64,000 nt of DNA from Octopus vulgaris (taxonomy: Eukaryota): the NCBI GenBank assembly GCA_951406725.2, contig OX597825.1, positions 74,772,001 to 74,836,000 on the forward strand. Direction: 5' to 3'. The stretch's first letter is position 1, and each line of letters starts with the position of its first letter. The translations under genes and the position numbers were made by a program. Below the pieces are notes generated by a model. The model did no database searches and had not been told where the DNA came from. It saw nothing but the letters and a program-made list of their open reading frames with translations. This document shows, in pieces, positions 1 through 12,411 of the stretch.

Positions 1-693
1 TGGACCACTTTTGAACATATGTCCTATCGATATGGAAGGGTTCGCTTGGAACTTAGTAGAGTTGTTAGAATGTCGGATAGGATGCTTCGCAGGGCTTGTT
101 CCGTTTGTGCTCTGAGCTCAAATCCAAACGGGTCAGCTTTGTCTTTCATCTTTCATGTGTGGATAAAATAAGTACCAATCCAGGTCAGTGATTGGGAGAC
201 CGGCTTAACACCAAATACCGCATTCCGGGTAGTTTTCTCCAAATGATAATAGCAACAATAATCCTTTCTACCCAGATACAAGGCCTGAATTTTTTTCGGG
301 GAGGGGAATAGTCGATTACATCAATCCCAGTACTCAAATGATATTTTATTGACCCAGAGAAGATGAAAAGGAAAGTCGACCTTAGCGGAATTTGAACTCA
401 GAATGTATAGGCGAATGAAATGCCACGAAGCATTTTTATTGATTAACTGCCCAACAGAACGTAACGCATGTGCTAACTTACTAACGGAGTAACAAGTCGA
501 ATTATAATATATTTTCCAACCATTATCTTTGGATGCTATTTCTCACATATTGGTTCACATCGTCGAAGTCCCTCAGTAAAACATGGATGGATGACATGAA
601 GAAACTTCTTCCTATAAAATCAAATCTTATGTAGATTCGTAATAGAATTTCGTATGCTACAACTGTGCGGGCCCTTCTATGTCTTCTGATAGT

Positions 694-1169
694 TGTTGTG
701 ACCTCCTTCGGTCATGAATGACCATGGGATTGCTCCTAGAAAGTTACCCTCCGAGGCACAAGTCTGGGCAAGGTTGTTTATGGAAGACCAGCAGTCACCC
801 ATGCATACCAGCCTCCCATCTCCACGTCACCAATGTTATCCAAGGGAAAGGCAAAGGGGCCGATACAGCTTAACACCAGTGACGTCGCAGCTCATTTATT
901 AACGTGCAAGTGGCTGAGTACTCCACAGACACGTGTACCCTTAACGTAGTTCTTGGGGAAATACAGGTACAACAGAAACAGGAAGTAAGAGTGAGAGAAA
1001 GTTGTGGTGAAAGAGTACAGCAGGGTTCACCACCACACCCCGCCGGAGCCTCGTGGAGCTTTAGGTGTTTTTGCTCAATAAACACTCACAACCCTCGGTT
1101 TGGGAATCGAAACCACGATCCTACGACCGCGAGTCCGCTGCCCTAACCACTGGGCCATTGCGCCTCCAC
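694..1169 (-). mobile_element. Chimeric tRNA-derived SINE (head of the 13412-type family fused to the tail of the 25561-type family) with 11-bp TSD
   Basis: 1169-899 is the reverse complement of the SINE at 13412-13798 (with an internal deletion). 898-700 is the reverse complement of the 3' half of the SINE at 25561-25898. CTTCTGATAGT flanks the whole unit at 683-693 and 1170-1180. Confidence 0.85.
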
Positions 1170-1759
1170 CTTCTGATAGTACTTATGGCATTAGTATATG
1201 TTTGCGGAAGATGCTTGGGGAAGAGAATGAACTCTGATATAATTGATGTATAGTGTTCACATGAAGGGCAAATGTTTGTACGTTAACTGCATCTTTTCTA
1301 TAAACTCTACATTTTTCTTGCTGTTCCTTTTTCTTCAGAAGAGAAATAACAGCTTTCAGGACCTTCTTTTGAAGTCTCTTATTCTGGTGGGAAAAAGGAG
1401 AAAAGAAAGCAGCACTATTGGAATATCTTCACAGTAGAAGTTAGGCTGGTTTAAAAGCTTGAAATTGTACGAACTTCACAAAAGGCACCTAACAGTTAAG
1501 TGTTAAACTAGGGGACGGATTTGGAAAAAATAAATGAATAAACTTGACCAAGATGCTGCAAACTTGAATCAACTGATCGGGAGTCACGTGATTGCGAGCA
1601 AGCTTCTTAAGCTCAAAGTGATTCGTGCGTCTTAGGATGTGACGGAAAGTAAAAGAAAATGTGTATACATACGTCAAAACCAACAACACAAGCCAGTAAA
1701 GTAATGCTGATCTACGTCGGCAAATAATATAATGATAATAATAAGTTAATAAAATCTAG

Positions 1760-2149
1760 GGATCTTTTCGGTTTGAACGGCAGTTTTTCCTAGCGGTGAC
1801 ATATGAAATTGTCACCCATAATTATGACCCTAGTATCGATCTATTGCATTTCAATCTGTTTTAGGGTTAGGGTTAGGGTTAGGGGTGGGGGAAGGTTATC
1901 TTTTTTCTTCACAAATGTAAATAAACCCAATCTGTTTCTTAATCGAGGGACATATTCATACGGCTCAGAATGTTTTTTACCTCAATAGACGTCAGTGATT
2001 GGTTGAAATTGCAGAAATTGAAGAAAAAAAACAACAAATATCTTACAAACTATAGAATTTTCTCAATGAAGCCAAGAGAAAAAGATGTTTTATAAACACA
2101 TTCTACCAGTATACGAAGTTAAAAACTGCCGTTCAAACCGAAAAGATCC
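1760..2149. mobile_element. MITE with ~29-bp TIRs and 8-bp TSD (Merlin-like: GG termini), carrying internal (TTAGGG)n
   Basis: GGATCTTTTCGGTTTGAACGGCAGTTTTT at 1760 and its reverse complement ending at 2149. TSD AAATCTAG at 1752-1759 and 2150-2157. TTAGGG x4 at 1861-1884. Confidence 0.85.
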
Positions 2150-2159
2150 AAATCTAGAT

Positions 2160-2320
2160 TTTCATATGTTCCTATATTATGGAACTGCTAACATTCTGAA
2201 CAAAACCTTTCTTTACAGGCAAGAAATTTTCGGCAAATAATCAGGTTAAGCAAAAGTCCTTCCTGTACAAAGCCTCAGTACTCACATCCGGCCTCGGCAT
2301 ACAAACTTAGCCAAATTTAC
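2160..2320 (+). mobile_element. Probable Dong/R4-type LINE C-terminus/3' UTR remnant
   Basis: GTANILNK resembles the GTAxILR C-terminal motif of R4/Dong ORFs; decayed. Confidence 0.35.
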
Positions 2321-2838
2321 CAACTCTATTACATACTTATTCTCACTGGATTGTCCCATTCTTTTTTCTTTATAAGAGGAAGCTATGATTTCTTTTCTTT
2401 AATATTAGTTCAAAGCTGTTGCTATTAAAACACATTGTGTCTTTTATTTCTTTTTTCTCTCTGTTTCGACAAATTCCCAGAATGCTACGCAAACTGCAAT
2501 TAATTGAATCAGTAACGGAAATCTTCAGTTTATATTCAATGTTTAAGTGTTCTTTGTAGCTATGGAGTTTCGTCCTGTATTTAAATTATTCACCATAAGG
2601 AGGAGGGGAAAAATCTATCCAGAGTCCAGACATTGTTATTTCTTTTCTTTTCTTGTGTTATTTTTGTACATTTTTCCTGTTTGCTTTGTTTGTTTCTTAA
2701 TGCTTTTGTCATTTTTTCTAGGGTTGTGAAAGGGTAATGTTTACCACATTTTGTAAAATATGCACTAAAAGCAAATATTGATCTAAGCTGAAATAAGTTC
2801 AATCAATAGAAAACCGATCGATGAAAGCCTATGTTATG

Positions 2839-2894
<56 letters not shown>

Positions 2895-3202
2895 TTATTT
2901 TTATTGTTGTTCAAGTTGTTCTTGTTGATATTGCAAGCCATTTTAAGCATATATTTTTTATAAATATTCAAGGAGGGGAAATCTCAGCATTCATCCCTTT
3001 TGTTATGTTACGTCTGAGGTTTGACTAAACCAATAAACGGAAAGACGAAAAGAAAGCACCGGATCCAAACAGACATTGATTTGTTGGCTAAAGTAAATGC
3101 AGTTTAGTTCCTATTTTAGCTAGTTCTACTTACAATTCTGACATTTACAAGAGATAGCAGATAGCGGAGGCTTAAACGAAAACTGTTATTTCCGAATTCC
3201 GA

Positions 3203-3249
<47 letters not shown>

Positions 3250-3372
3250 ATGAATAAATAAATAAATGAACTTATAGTTTGACAACGCTCAGATATATGA
3301 TTTCCAGAAGCATGAGGCTTCTGTTGTTTAGCATCTATTTCATTGATTATATATATATATATATATATATAC

Positions 3373-3453
<81 letters not shown>

Positions 3454-3692
3454 TGAGCACGCACAAATACACACGCACACGTACAATAGTACTTGTTTAA
3501 CCCAGGACTGTCTGAAAAGACATAGTCTAATGTGTTATACCATTTTTTTAAACAATAGGTTGAGAGGAAAGGCTGCTGCTTCCGCTTTGAGATTCCATAG
3601 CGCACACAGACACATACACAAATTTATCATAAAATATGATATAACATATATATAATTATATATATAGAATATGTACATAATTATATATACAT

Positions 3693-3759
<67 letters not shown>

Positions 3760-4073
3760 TATATATATATACACATATATGTATATACATATATGTATAT
3801 ACATATATACATACCTATATATGCATATATATACCTACATATATATACATACATATATATATACATATATACATACATACATACATACATATATATACAT
3901 ACATACATATACACACACATAATATATACATATATATCTTATAAAATTACTATACATTTATACACTAAAGAGGTGACCTTAACAGGATACCTTACACGCT
4001 AAAAGGAGCAGCCAAAGCCCAAACCACGATTAAGAATAATTTCGAAGGGGAAGAAAAATAAAAACATTTTCAA

Positions 4074-4162
4074 TAGGCGCAGGAGTGGCTGTGTGGTAAG
4101 TAGCTTGCTTACTAACCTCATGGTCCCGGGTTCAGTCCCACTGCATGGCACCTTGGGCAAGC
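4074..4162 (+). mobile_element. 5' fragment of the microsatellite-bearing tRNA-derived SINE
   Basis: AGGCGCAGGAGTGGCTGTGTGGTAAG...GGTTCAGTCCC (Pol III A/B boxes), same as the head of the copies at 37848 and 54008. Confidence 0.8.
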
Positions 4163-4383
4163 GTCATCCAGTTTGCCATATTTTTTCCAAGCAATCGCTC
4201 AACATTCAATGCAATCCCAGACAGGTTCATACACTCTATAATCCAAGAATGTGGGATCCTATTGTACGCCTTACGATAGTCGATCCATGACATTGCTAAG
4301 TTACTTTTCCTCCTCTTGCATTCTCTAAGCACAGTTTTATCTATCAGGAGTTGATCCTTGCTACCTCTGCACTTACGCTTGCA
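4163..4383 (-). mobile_element. Dong/R4-type non-LTR retrotransposon RT fragment
   Basis: Translates as [46 protein letters not shown] (RT domains 2-3 of the R4/Dong type); abuts (ATT)n at 4384-4420. Confidence 0.85.
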
Positions 4384-4392
4384 ATTATTATC

Positions 4393-4423
<31 letters not shown>

Positions 4424-5056
4424 AATATTCACCGAAAATGGAAAGAGCTGGGAAATCCAGTTTGCTGTCATTGTTGTACAAAATATGAAAAATAATAATC
4501 TGCTTAACAGAAAAATGGAGGAATAATAAATTCTCCAGTTTATTGTTATCGATTTTAAATAAACTATTCCAAGTATTTTTCTGCCTTTATTGTGCTTGCT
4601 TTTTTTCTCTAGAATTCATATTGCCGAAGATTTTTGGGTTTATATTTGTTTGTTCATCTTTTTTTTTTTCTAGAAATAAACTTGAAAATACATTAAAACG
4701 TCACCTAATTCAAAGATGACTGCCAGAAACATTAAGTGGTAATTTTATGTTTCGGTAAATACTTTTTTTCTTTTTTTACATCGCCTCATAATTCTTTGAA
4801 TGCTGTGGTTGTTCTTCCATAGTTTCTAAGTTTTAGTTTTCTATTGGCAACCCAAAGTCTTTCGAATTCCACGAATTTTATTATTTTTACTTTTACACAC
4901 ATCTTTATTATCCTGCGTGCGGGCAGGCTATTCACTGATGGTTTGAAGCATGCATATATACATATATACATATGTATAATATATGTGTATGTGTATTTAT
5001 ATATATGTATATATATACACAAATATACATATATATATATATATATATGCACACAC

Positions 5057-5105
<49 letters not shown>

Positions 5106-5353
5106 GTAGTAGTAGTAGTAATATGTTATAAAAAGAAAATATAAAATACACGTGGAAACGTAAGGGTAAAATATGAAAAATCAACGAAAATACACATTGC
5201 AAATAAAAAAAAAGGCTTTTTATGACAGGTAACGACAAATATATATATTTAGATGGACTGAGGTAGTAACAAGAGTCATAAAAGTCATTATTATGAGATG
5301 ATTATAAAGTCAGAAAACAAAGCATACCATGGTTTCGTCATAAGCTCTTTCTC

Positions 5354-5397
<44 letters not shown>

Positions 5398-5425
5398 TAC
5401 ATATGTATACACATATACATACGTA

Positions 5426-6075
5426 CATGGTGGGGAAGTAAAACTTGGAATATTTTAGAAGCCTTATTTTTCATATATTCCTGAGCGTAAATACTAAAAT
5501 ATTGCTTTCTGTTTCAGGGTGGAGGTATATAGAGTTAATTTAAGCAGAAGTTCTGGTCATACAATCTAACATGTCCACTCAAGAAACCAAGAGACATTGC
5601 ATTGCACAATTGCTTCGTGCCAGGTTTGCAATTAGATATATAATGCTGAGATTGTTGGGGCTTCTGTGAGCACTGTCTGAAACGCTAAGAACCGAATGCT
5701 GGATATGGGAGGCATCAAGAGAAAGCAAGGAAGTGGAGGCATAAATATGAAACGGGATAATGCATTTGTTAAATCTCTCAAAGCCAAAATTTCGAAAGGC
5801 CCAACAACATCCATGAGAAAACTGTCCATGGACATGAAGGTTGATCCAAAGACCATCACAACTGCGGTACACACTGATTTATAGTTGTGGCCATACGTGA
5901 GGAGCCCGAGATACCTACTGACCCATGCCATGAAAGCCAGAAGGCATGAAAGGGCCAAAAAAGTAGTGCGATACCTGAAGCACAATGGACAAACCGTCAA
6001 AATCTTTTCAGATGAAAGCGTCTTTATTGTTGATGCTGTTTTAAACCGTCGCAATGATACATTATGACACAAAAC
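5426..6075 (+). mobile_element. Tc1/mariner-superfamily transposon (maT/DD37D-like), 5' part, disrupted transposase
   Basis: Starts after TA; ATG at 5571; HTH-like RKQGSGG...SMRKLSMDMKVDPKTI, then IFSDESVFIVDAVLNRRND (first catalytic D). Contains stop/frameshift and is truncated. Confidence 0.8.
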
Positions 6076-6234
6076 AAAGTGTTGTGAGAGAAATGAGAGG
6101 AAATTTGTAATTTTAAATTAAGCAGGAATAATGTCTGGATGATACACAGTGCGTGATTGTTAGACATTCCTTTAAAACCTTTTATGAAGGAAATATTTTA
6201 AAATATGTAAATAAATGAAGCCCACAGGTAAGTA

Positions 6235-6282
<48 letters not shown>

Positions 6283-6547
6283 ATATATATATATATATAT
6301 ATAATAACAAAAAGGTAAAATTATTAATTAAGAAGTAATCAATAATTTCACCAAGTAGAATTCGGCATGAAAAAAGGACCATTTCACGGTAAACTTAAGT
6401 AATACTTAATGATTAGGGTTCAGCAAAGATTTGCTTTACCACATACCGAAGTTTAGAAATAGCAGCCAAAACCTTAGCTATTTCTTCTACTTTAAAAAGG
6501 GACTCCCAGAGAAACCAAAATACTTGAAAACAATCCACACAGGCAGA

Positions 6548-6626
<79 letters not shown>

Positions 6627-7389
6627 GTGAATAATAAGATACGTTACAAAATAGTAAGCAGTTTGAGTGAATGAGATGTAATAATGTTGTAAAAACAAGC
6701 TAACGCTCATGACAATGTTGTTTGAGTATTTGAGAAGAGCTAAATAGAAGCTAAAACAAAGATGGAATATTAAAGAGATAAGTGTACAATATTAGTCCGA
6801 GAAAAAAGCAAAAACAAGAACAGAAACATAGATTAATGGAAAGAAATGGTTAGAAACAATTAGTGATTCATCTTTATATGTATAAATATACACACGTACA
6901 CTCAAAGAATTACGACATTATGATAAAGGTATGTGTACATAGGCATACAGAGCAGCCAATAGGAATATAATAACCTAAGAGAAGACATATATGTATATAT
7001 GAAATATATGATTGTATTAAGGAAAGCAGATGCAAATACGAACAAGAAAAGACACAGATGCAAATATTTTCATGTGAGTTAAAATATGAGTACAGACAGC
7101 TACAAGTTTATAGGACATTAAATTTTAAACGATATAAATAAATGTAAAAGTACTCAATCTCGCATATACAGATAAAGTGCAGTGACATTAATATATTCAT
7201 ATTTGCTAAACGTACAAACAATCATGCAAGCATATAGTGTACATTGTAATACATTATTTTATACAGCATACATTTTGGCAGATAAAAATTGATATCTAGG
7301 TAAAAGTTTATGTGAACTACAAATGCATATACAAATACATATGTACATATTTATAAAAGAATTCATATTCATATCAAACGTATGTTTAT

Positions 7390-7468
<79 letters not shown>

Positions 7469-7580
7469 CATACATACATACATACATACATACATACATA
7501 GACAGACAGACAGATAGATATACACATATATGTATACATAAATATATATATATACATAATAAATATATATATATACATAC

Positions 7581-7625
<45 letters not shown>

Positions 7626-7721
7626 CATGCACATGTATATATACATAAATATATATATACATAAATACATTTATATAGATAGACAGACAGACAGATAGAT
7701 AGATAGATAAAATATAGTGAT

Positions 7722-7864
7722 ATACTATTGACAATCCAATAATTTATATTACAATATTACATTAAATACTAAGAATATAATATAATATATAATATAATGT
7801 TATGCTATATTGTATTCGTAGTATTTAATGTAATTAAGTAAATTATTGGATTGTCTATAGAATA
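7722..7864. repeat. AT-rich inverted repeat
   Basis: GACAATCCAATAATTT/AAATTATTGGATTGTC and ATTACATTAAATACT/AGTATTTAATGTAAT arms. Confidence 0.75.
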
Positions 7865-8044
7865 TCTTTATATTTAATTCATCTTTATAATTGAATTGTA
7901 TCAATATTTATATGGTATCCAACTGATCTACCAGTGAATTGGATGTTTAACACACCTCTTTGAAGGATTTCTTTTCCTCAGTTTGTTATATATATATAGG
8001 TAACGTGTCTTTGTCACCATTACATGGCTGTTCTATAAAGAAGT

Positions 8045-8223
8045 AGTGGAGGCAATGGCCCAGTGGTTAGGGCAGCGGACTCGCGGTCATAGGATCGCGG
8101 TTTCGATTTCCAGACCGGGCGTTGTGAGTGTTTATTGAGCGAAAACACCTAAAAGCTCCACGAGGCTCCGGCAGGGGATGGTGGTGGTCCCTGCAGTACT
8201 CTTTCACCACAACTTTCTCTCAC
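8045..8223 (+). mobile_element. 3'-truncated tRNA-Arg(TCG)-like SINE
   Basis: Near-identical to 13412-13590. Confidence 0.85.
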
Positions 8224-8397
8224 TATATATATATATATAGGTAACGTGTCTTTCACTATAACATGGCTGTTCTATAAAGAAGTACGTTACTAGATTTTTA
8301 ACCCCAGGAAAACTTGTTTTCCAGCTGGTTAACGACACACAACTTGTGTCCGATATATTGATTATCGAGCCAATCACTCCCATCCAGCTTGGCAAGA

Positions 8398-8442
8398 CCA
8401 ATAGACCATGGTTTCTGGATTTTTACTCTTCATCGGTACTGG
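8398..8442 (-). ncRNA. Degenerate type I hammerhead ribozyme
   Basis: Minus strand CCAGUA-CCGAUGA-(decayed stem II)-GAAAC-CAUG-GUC-UAUUGG: stem I CCAGUA/UAUUGG, palindromic stem III, GUC site; U4 mutated to C. Confidence 0.6.
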
Positions 8443-8765
8443 ATGCCTGCCTACTAGAGACAGAATTCAACCGTCCCTACTCACAATAGATAAACAGTGA
8501 AGCGGCAGACAGTCGCTGATCTCGTAACGAGCAAAATAGCTAGTTCTAAAATCTCTAAACGCGATATAAGTAATAACAATACAAGACGGTAACGTTTTTT
8601 TTTTTTGCCACTGTAACGTGGCTGTTCTATAAAGGAGTATGTTACTACATTTTAACCCCCAGGAAAACGTCTTTTCCAGATGGTTAACGACACACGACTT
8701 GTGTCCGGTATTCTATATAAGGCTGACAAGGTAACCTACGTTCCTTCCCCCTCGGCGACTGAGTA

Positions 8766-8820
8766 ATGGATCACTGATGAAGATTGATTAAATCTGAAAT
8801 CAGTGCTGATATGACTCCAT
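8766..8820 (+). ncRNA. Type I minimal hammerhead ribozyme, intact core
   Basis: AUGGA-UCA CUGAUGA AGAUU-GAUUA-AAUCU GAAA UCAG-UG-CUGAU A UGA-C-UCCAU. All core nucleotides and three helices present; predicted cleavage after A8811. Confidence 0.85.
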
Positions 8821-9111
8821 CCTGCTTGTCGTTGAGAAGGAGCTTGTCTACCTTGTCAGCCGTTAGAAAAGTGCTCTCACGTGACTAAAAGTTGTTTTGA
8901 CTCTTATTCTTAGCAATGTTGATGTTTACTAGCAGCCTCCGTAACTTCGGTCCTAAATTGCGAATAGCCACCTGAATTTATAATATATATATATATATAT
9001 ATATATAGGCCTACACAGCCACAGCAGGAAATGTATTAGGACATGAGATGTAAAAGCCGGACTAGATTATTTTATGCGCAACTCCATTGTCTCCCGAGAC
9101 AAAAAGGATGC

Positions 9112-9167
<56 letters not shown>

Positions 9168-9449
9168 GTGCATACGCACAGCCACACACGTATACGCGCG
9201 CGCACACGTATGTATGTGTGTGCGCGTACGTAGACACACTTACATATACATAGACATATATACATATGCCTATTGATATAAAATATAAAAGTCTAAGTAA
9301 AATAAAACAGCAAAATGAAGCTAAATGAAATAAGTAGAAAACCTACAAGCATATAGGTAAAAAAAATATTTTTACCACCTGGTCATTTTACCCACCCCCA
9401 ACTTATACCTTCACTATATAATTAAAGTTAACTAGGGAACCTGCTGAAT

Positions 9450-10010
9450 GGTTTATTAAAAAGATGCTTACATCGTATCCCTAATTTCTGTCTACGGTTA
9501 GTAAGAATACCCACTGCTTTTAGGATTTGGAATGACTCCTCTAGGCAAGGTTCACATCTCCTTCTGTCTATTTCGTATGTTTAGCTCTACCGAAGATTGA
9601 CCATTTCAGCTCATATTCTGTTTTTTTTTTCCTCCCTAAGTTGTCATAATAGCTTGCTAAGTGATGTCACATTCTCTTTATTCTTATGTTTAAATGACGA
9701 GATGTGATTGTAATATCGTGACTGAAATGTTGTGGCGCAACATCCTATGTTTTTATTAGTTGTGTTCTGAGTTACAGCTGCATATTCATATTCTATGTTC
9801 CTTTCTAAGCATGATTTATTTAACACACATTTCCTATTCCCTCTACAATTACAACCGACGCTTTCCTTCCTATTGCTGCTAGTTTTAGAGTTATTCTCAC
9901 AATTGTCCTCATTAATTTTATCATTACCGTCAATATTTATATTAATACTACCATTGTTATTACCGTTACAATTATTATCCTTATTAATGTTACTCTTATA
10001 GTAACGACTC
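9450..10010 (-). mobile_element. Penelope-like element GIY-YIG endonuclease/C-terminal fragment (decayed; different lineage from the 59-61 kb element)
   Basis: CNCRGNRKCVLNKSCLERNIEY...IGCCATTFQSRYYNHISSF...TSLSK, then after frameshifts ELKWSI...RRCEPCLEESFQIL...TNRRQKL...CKH, the typical C-terminus of these PLE ORFs. Confidence 0.8.
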
Positions 10011-10336
10011 GACAGGACGAAGAACTTAATGTCTCTCGAGTAGAATAATCCCAGCTGGCCATCGCGAAAATCTACAGATGAAAGGGTCAAAATGAATCTC
10101 TGGAATATAATCACGAGTATCTGTGCGTATGTCTCTGTGTATATACATGTGTGTGCATGCGTATGTGTATATGTGTATATATGTATATATATTTGATAAT
10201 GCTTGTGTATGTATGTTTGTATATGTATGTTTGTGTATGCGTTTGTGTATGGTGTGTTTACTTACACAGCATACCGGCTTAAACACACGTATGTCTGTAT
10301 ATTTACTTAAGTATGTAGACAGACAGACAGACAGAC

Positions 10337-10389
<53 letters not shown>

Positions 10390-10814
10390 TATAGATATAT
10401 AGATAGATAGATAGATAGATAGAGAAAGAGAGAGAGACGTATACATGTGTGCATGTGTTTTAATTTGTATGCTGTTTGGTGCAAAGAAAATTTTAGATAC
10501 CTAATTGTCCTTAGTAATTACACCTTATGATCTTAATTAAATTTGCTTCCAAATATTTACAATGATAAATGACAGAAATAATTTTTTTTTCAAGAATATA
10601 TAAGCAACAGTAAATGATATATCAACGTTCCTTGTTAAATATTTGACATTAATAAATCATATTCATACTCGTTATCCTCCTTTTGTAAATATATTAGGCT
10701 GTAAGTTAGCCGCCCAGTATTAATATTGATTTAGTTTTAAAATATGAGAATGCCGTGCAATAACTGCCAAATTCACACATGAATAAGCTACAACTACAAG
10801 CCTATAAATGCTCC

Positions 10815-10990
10815 CATTTCCTTCCCTCTATCTGCTTCTTCTATCGCTACCACAACGTGCTCTGTTGTTCTCGAAGTAGCTCGATAGATAGCGGCTCCAC
10901 CAAAGCTTACCTAATTGATATATATCTCTGTCTGTCTCCACTGAACCTGTTGTGTCTGTTCTTCCTAGCCTGCCACATCCTGTACTAAAT
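10815..10990 (+). mobile_element. CR1/Jockey-like LINE ORF2 C-terminal remnant
   Basis: ICFFYRYHNVLCCS resembles the LFYRYYxGxCS motif near the end of such ORF2 proteins. Confidence 0.4.
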
Positions 10991-12411
10991 ATTTTCTGAC
11001 CCAACCATCTCTCTTTTTTTTTTTTTTTTCTGCGAAAGCGAGTGGACTTGTCATTGGAAGTGTTGAGTTCACAGTCGTAATGTCGTGAGTTCAATTCCTA
11101 GTCTGGGTGACACATTTTTTTTTTTTTAGCATAACACATCAGTTCACGTTCGTACAGTCTACCAAGCCGAAATGTGTATCAATGGTAGTGGTAGTTTAAC
11201 CTTGCGAGAGACTGGTGCTCAGTAGATATTATGCATTCCATTCACTTATATGCCACCGGTTTGATATTCCTGTAGGTTCGAGACGGATTCTCATTTAGTT
11301 TCCAGGCAGTTACCCTTCATAACTTCCTTTCAAACAGAACATCAATCTTACTAGCCTAGAACGTCTTCAAAAGTTACAGGCACTGCTGTTCTCCTTCTGA
11401 CTAACCCATAACAGAAAAAATCAGTGTTTTGTAGTTTTTGTAACCTCTACAAAGAATTACCAAAAAGTTCCTGGCTTTGGGTGAAAGAAAATACAGGAGG
11501 ATCAGTTAATTATGATTTTATTCAATATATTTTCCTCTCAGATTCAAACCCTCATTGCAGCGGTCTTTCAGTTTTTGTAAACCCTGCAAAAGAGCTCAGA
11601 AGGTTGGGCCTCCAACCAGGCCTTTCGTGATACCCTTAAAGCCATGAACTTTTCACCACCCCCTCGTAGTTGTCCCCTATTTTTGATCAAAGGTGTTCCT
11701 TCTTGACCGTCAGCTCTTTTCAGCTACAGGGTATTTTGTTTTAATGTATCCTTCCTTTCTGCAACATGGTAAGCTGTTATTTGAGGTAAATTTGGTTACA
11801 ATTTTTAGGGGATTGGCAAACCACACATAAATGACCATGTTTTAGTTACTGTCTCGTAATCCCTGACGATATGAAATTCGAATTTTTCCCGCAAGTTTAT
11901 AAGATCAGGAAAGCTGAAGAACAACACAATTCAGAAATATGTTTAGACTGGTACCCTCCTAATTCTGCAGGCTTTGATTTACTTTGTCTCGAAAGACAAG
12001 CCAACAAGATACCCTCCATATGGTCGCTTACATGCTAGAAATAAAAGCCAATATTCCCACAAATGACATTCATCATTCTTATGAAGACATAGGCACAGTC
12101 ATGATTCTGTGGTTAAGAAGCTTGCTTTGCAAACAAATGGTTTCGGTTTCAGTCTGATTGTGTAATATCTTGAGCGAGTGTCTTCTACTATAGCTCCGGA
12201 CTGACCAATGCATAGTCAGTGAATTTGGGCGCTGGAAACTGAAGAATTCCGTTGCGTATATGAGTGCACGTGTGTGTGTGAGTGTGTGTGTGTGCTTGTG
12301 CATGTGTAAGTCTTTGTGTTTGTGTTGGTCCCCGCATCACATGACAACCGATGTTGTTTTGTTTGCGTCCCCGTTACTAACCGTTCGCAAAAAAAAATAA
12401 GAGACTAATAG

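Larger units (their letters stand above)
7996..8712 (+). repeat. Three diverged direct copies of a ~120-bp structured segment (7996-8044 partial, 8236-8357, 8588-8712)
   Basis: Shared GGTAACGT...GGCTGTTCTATAAAG(A/G)AGTA...GGAAAAC...TTTTCCAG...GGTTAACGACACAC.ACTTGTGTCC. Confidence 0.85.

Noticed and set aside
3133-3182. Possible 49-nt minus-strand micro-exon with GTAAGT donor
   Set aside because: Weak acceptor, no partner exon or homology; expected by chance.
6125-6170. AATGTCT/AGACATT stem around GGATGA, hammerhead-like
   Set aside because: No GAAA or stem II; too decayed to support.
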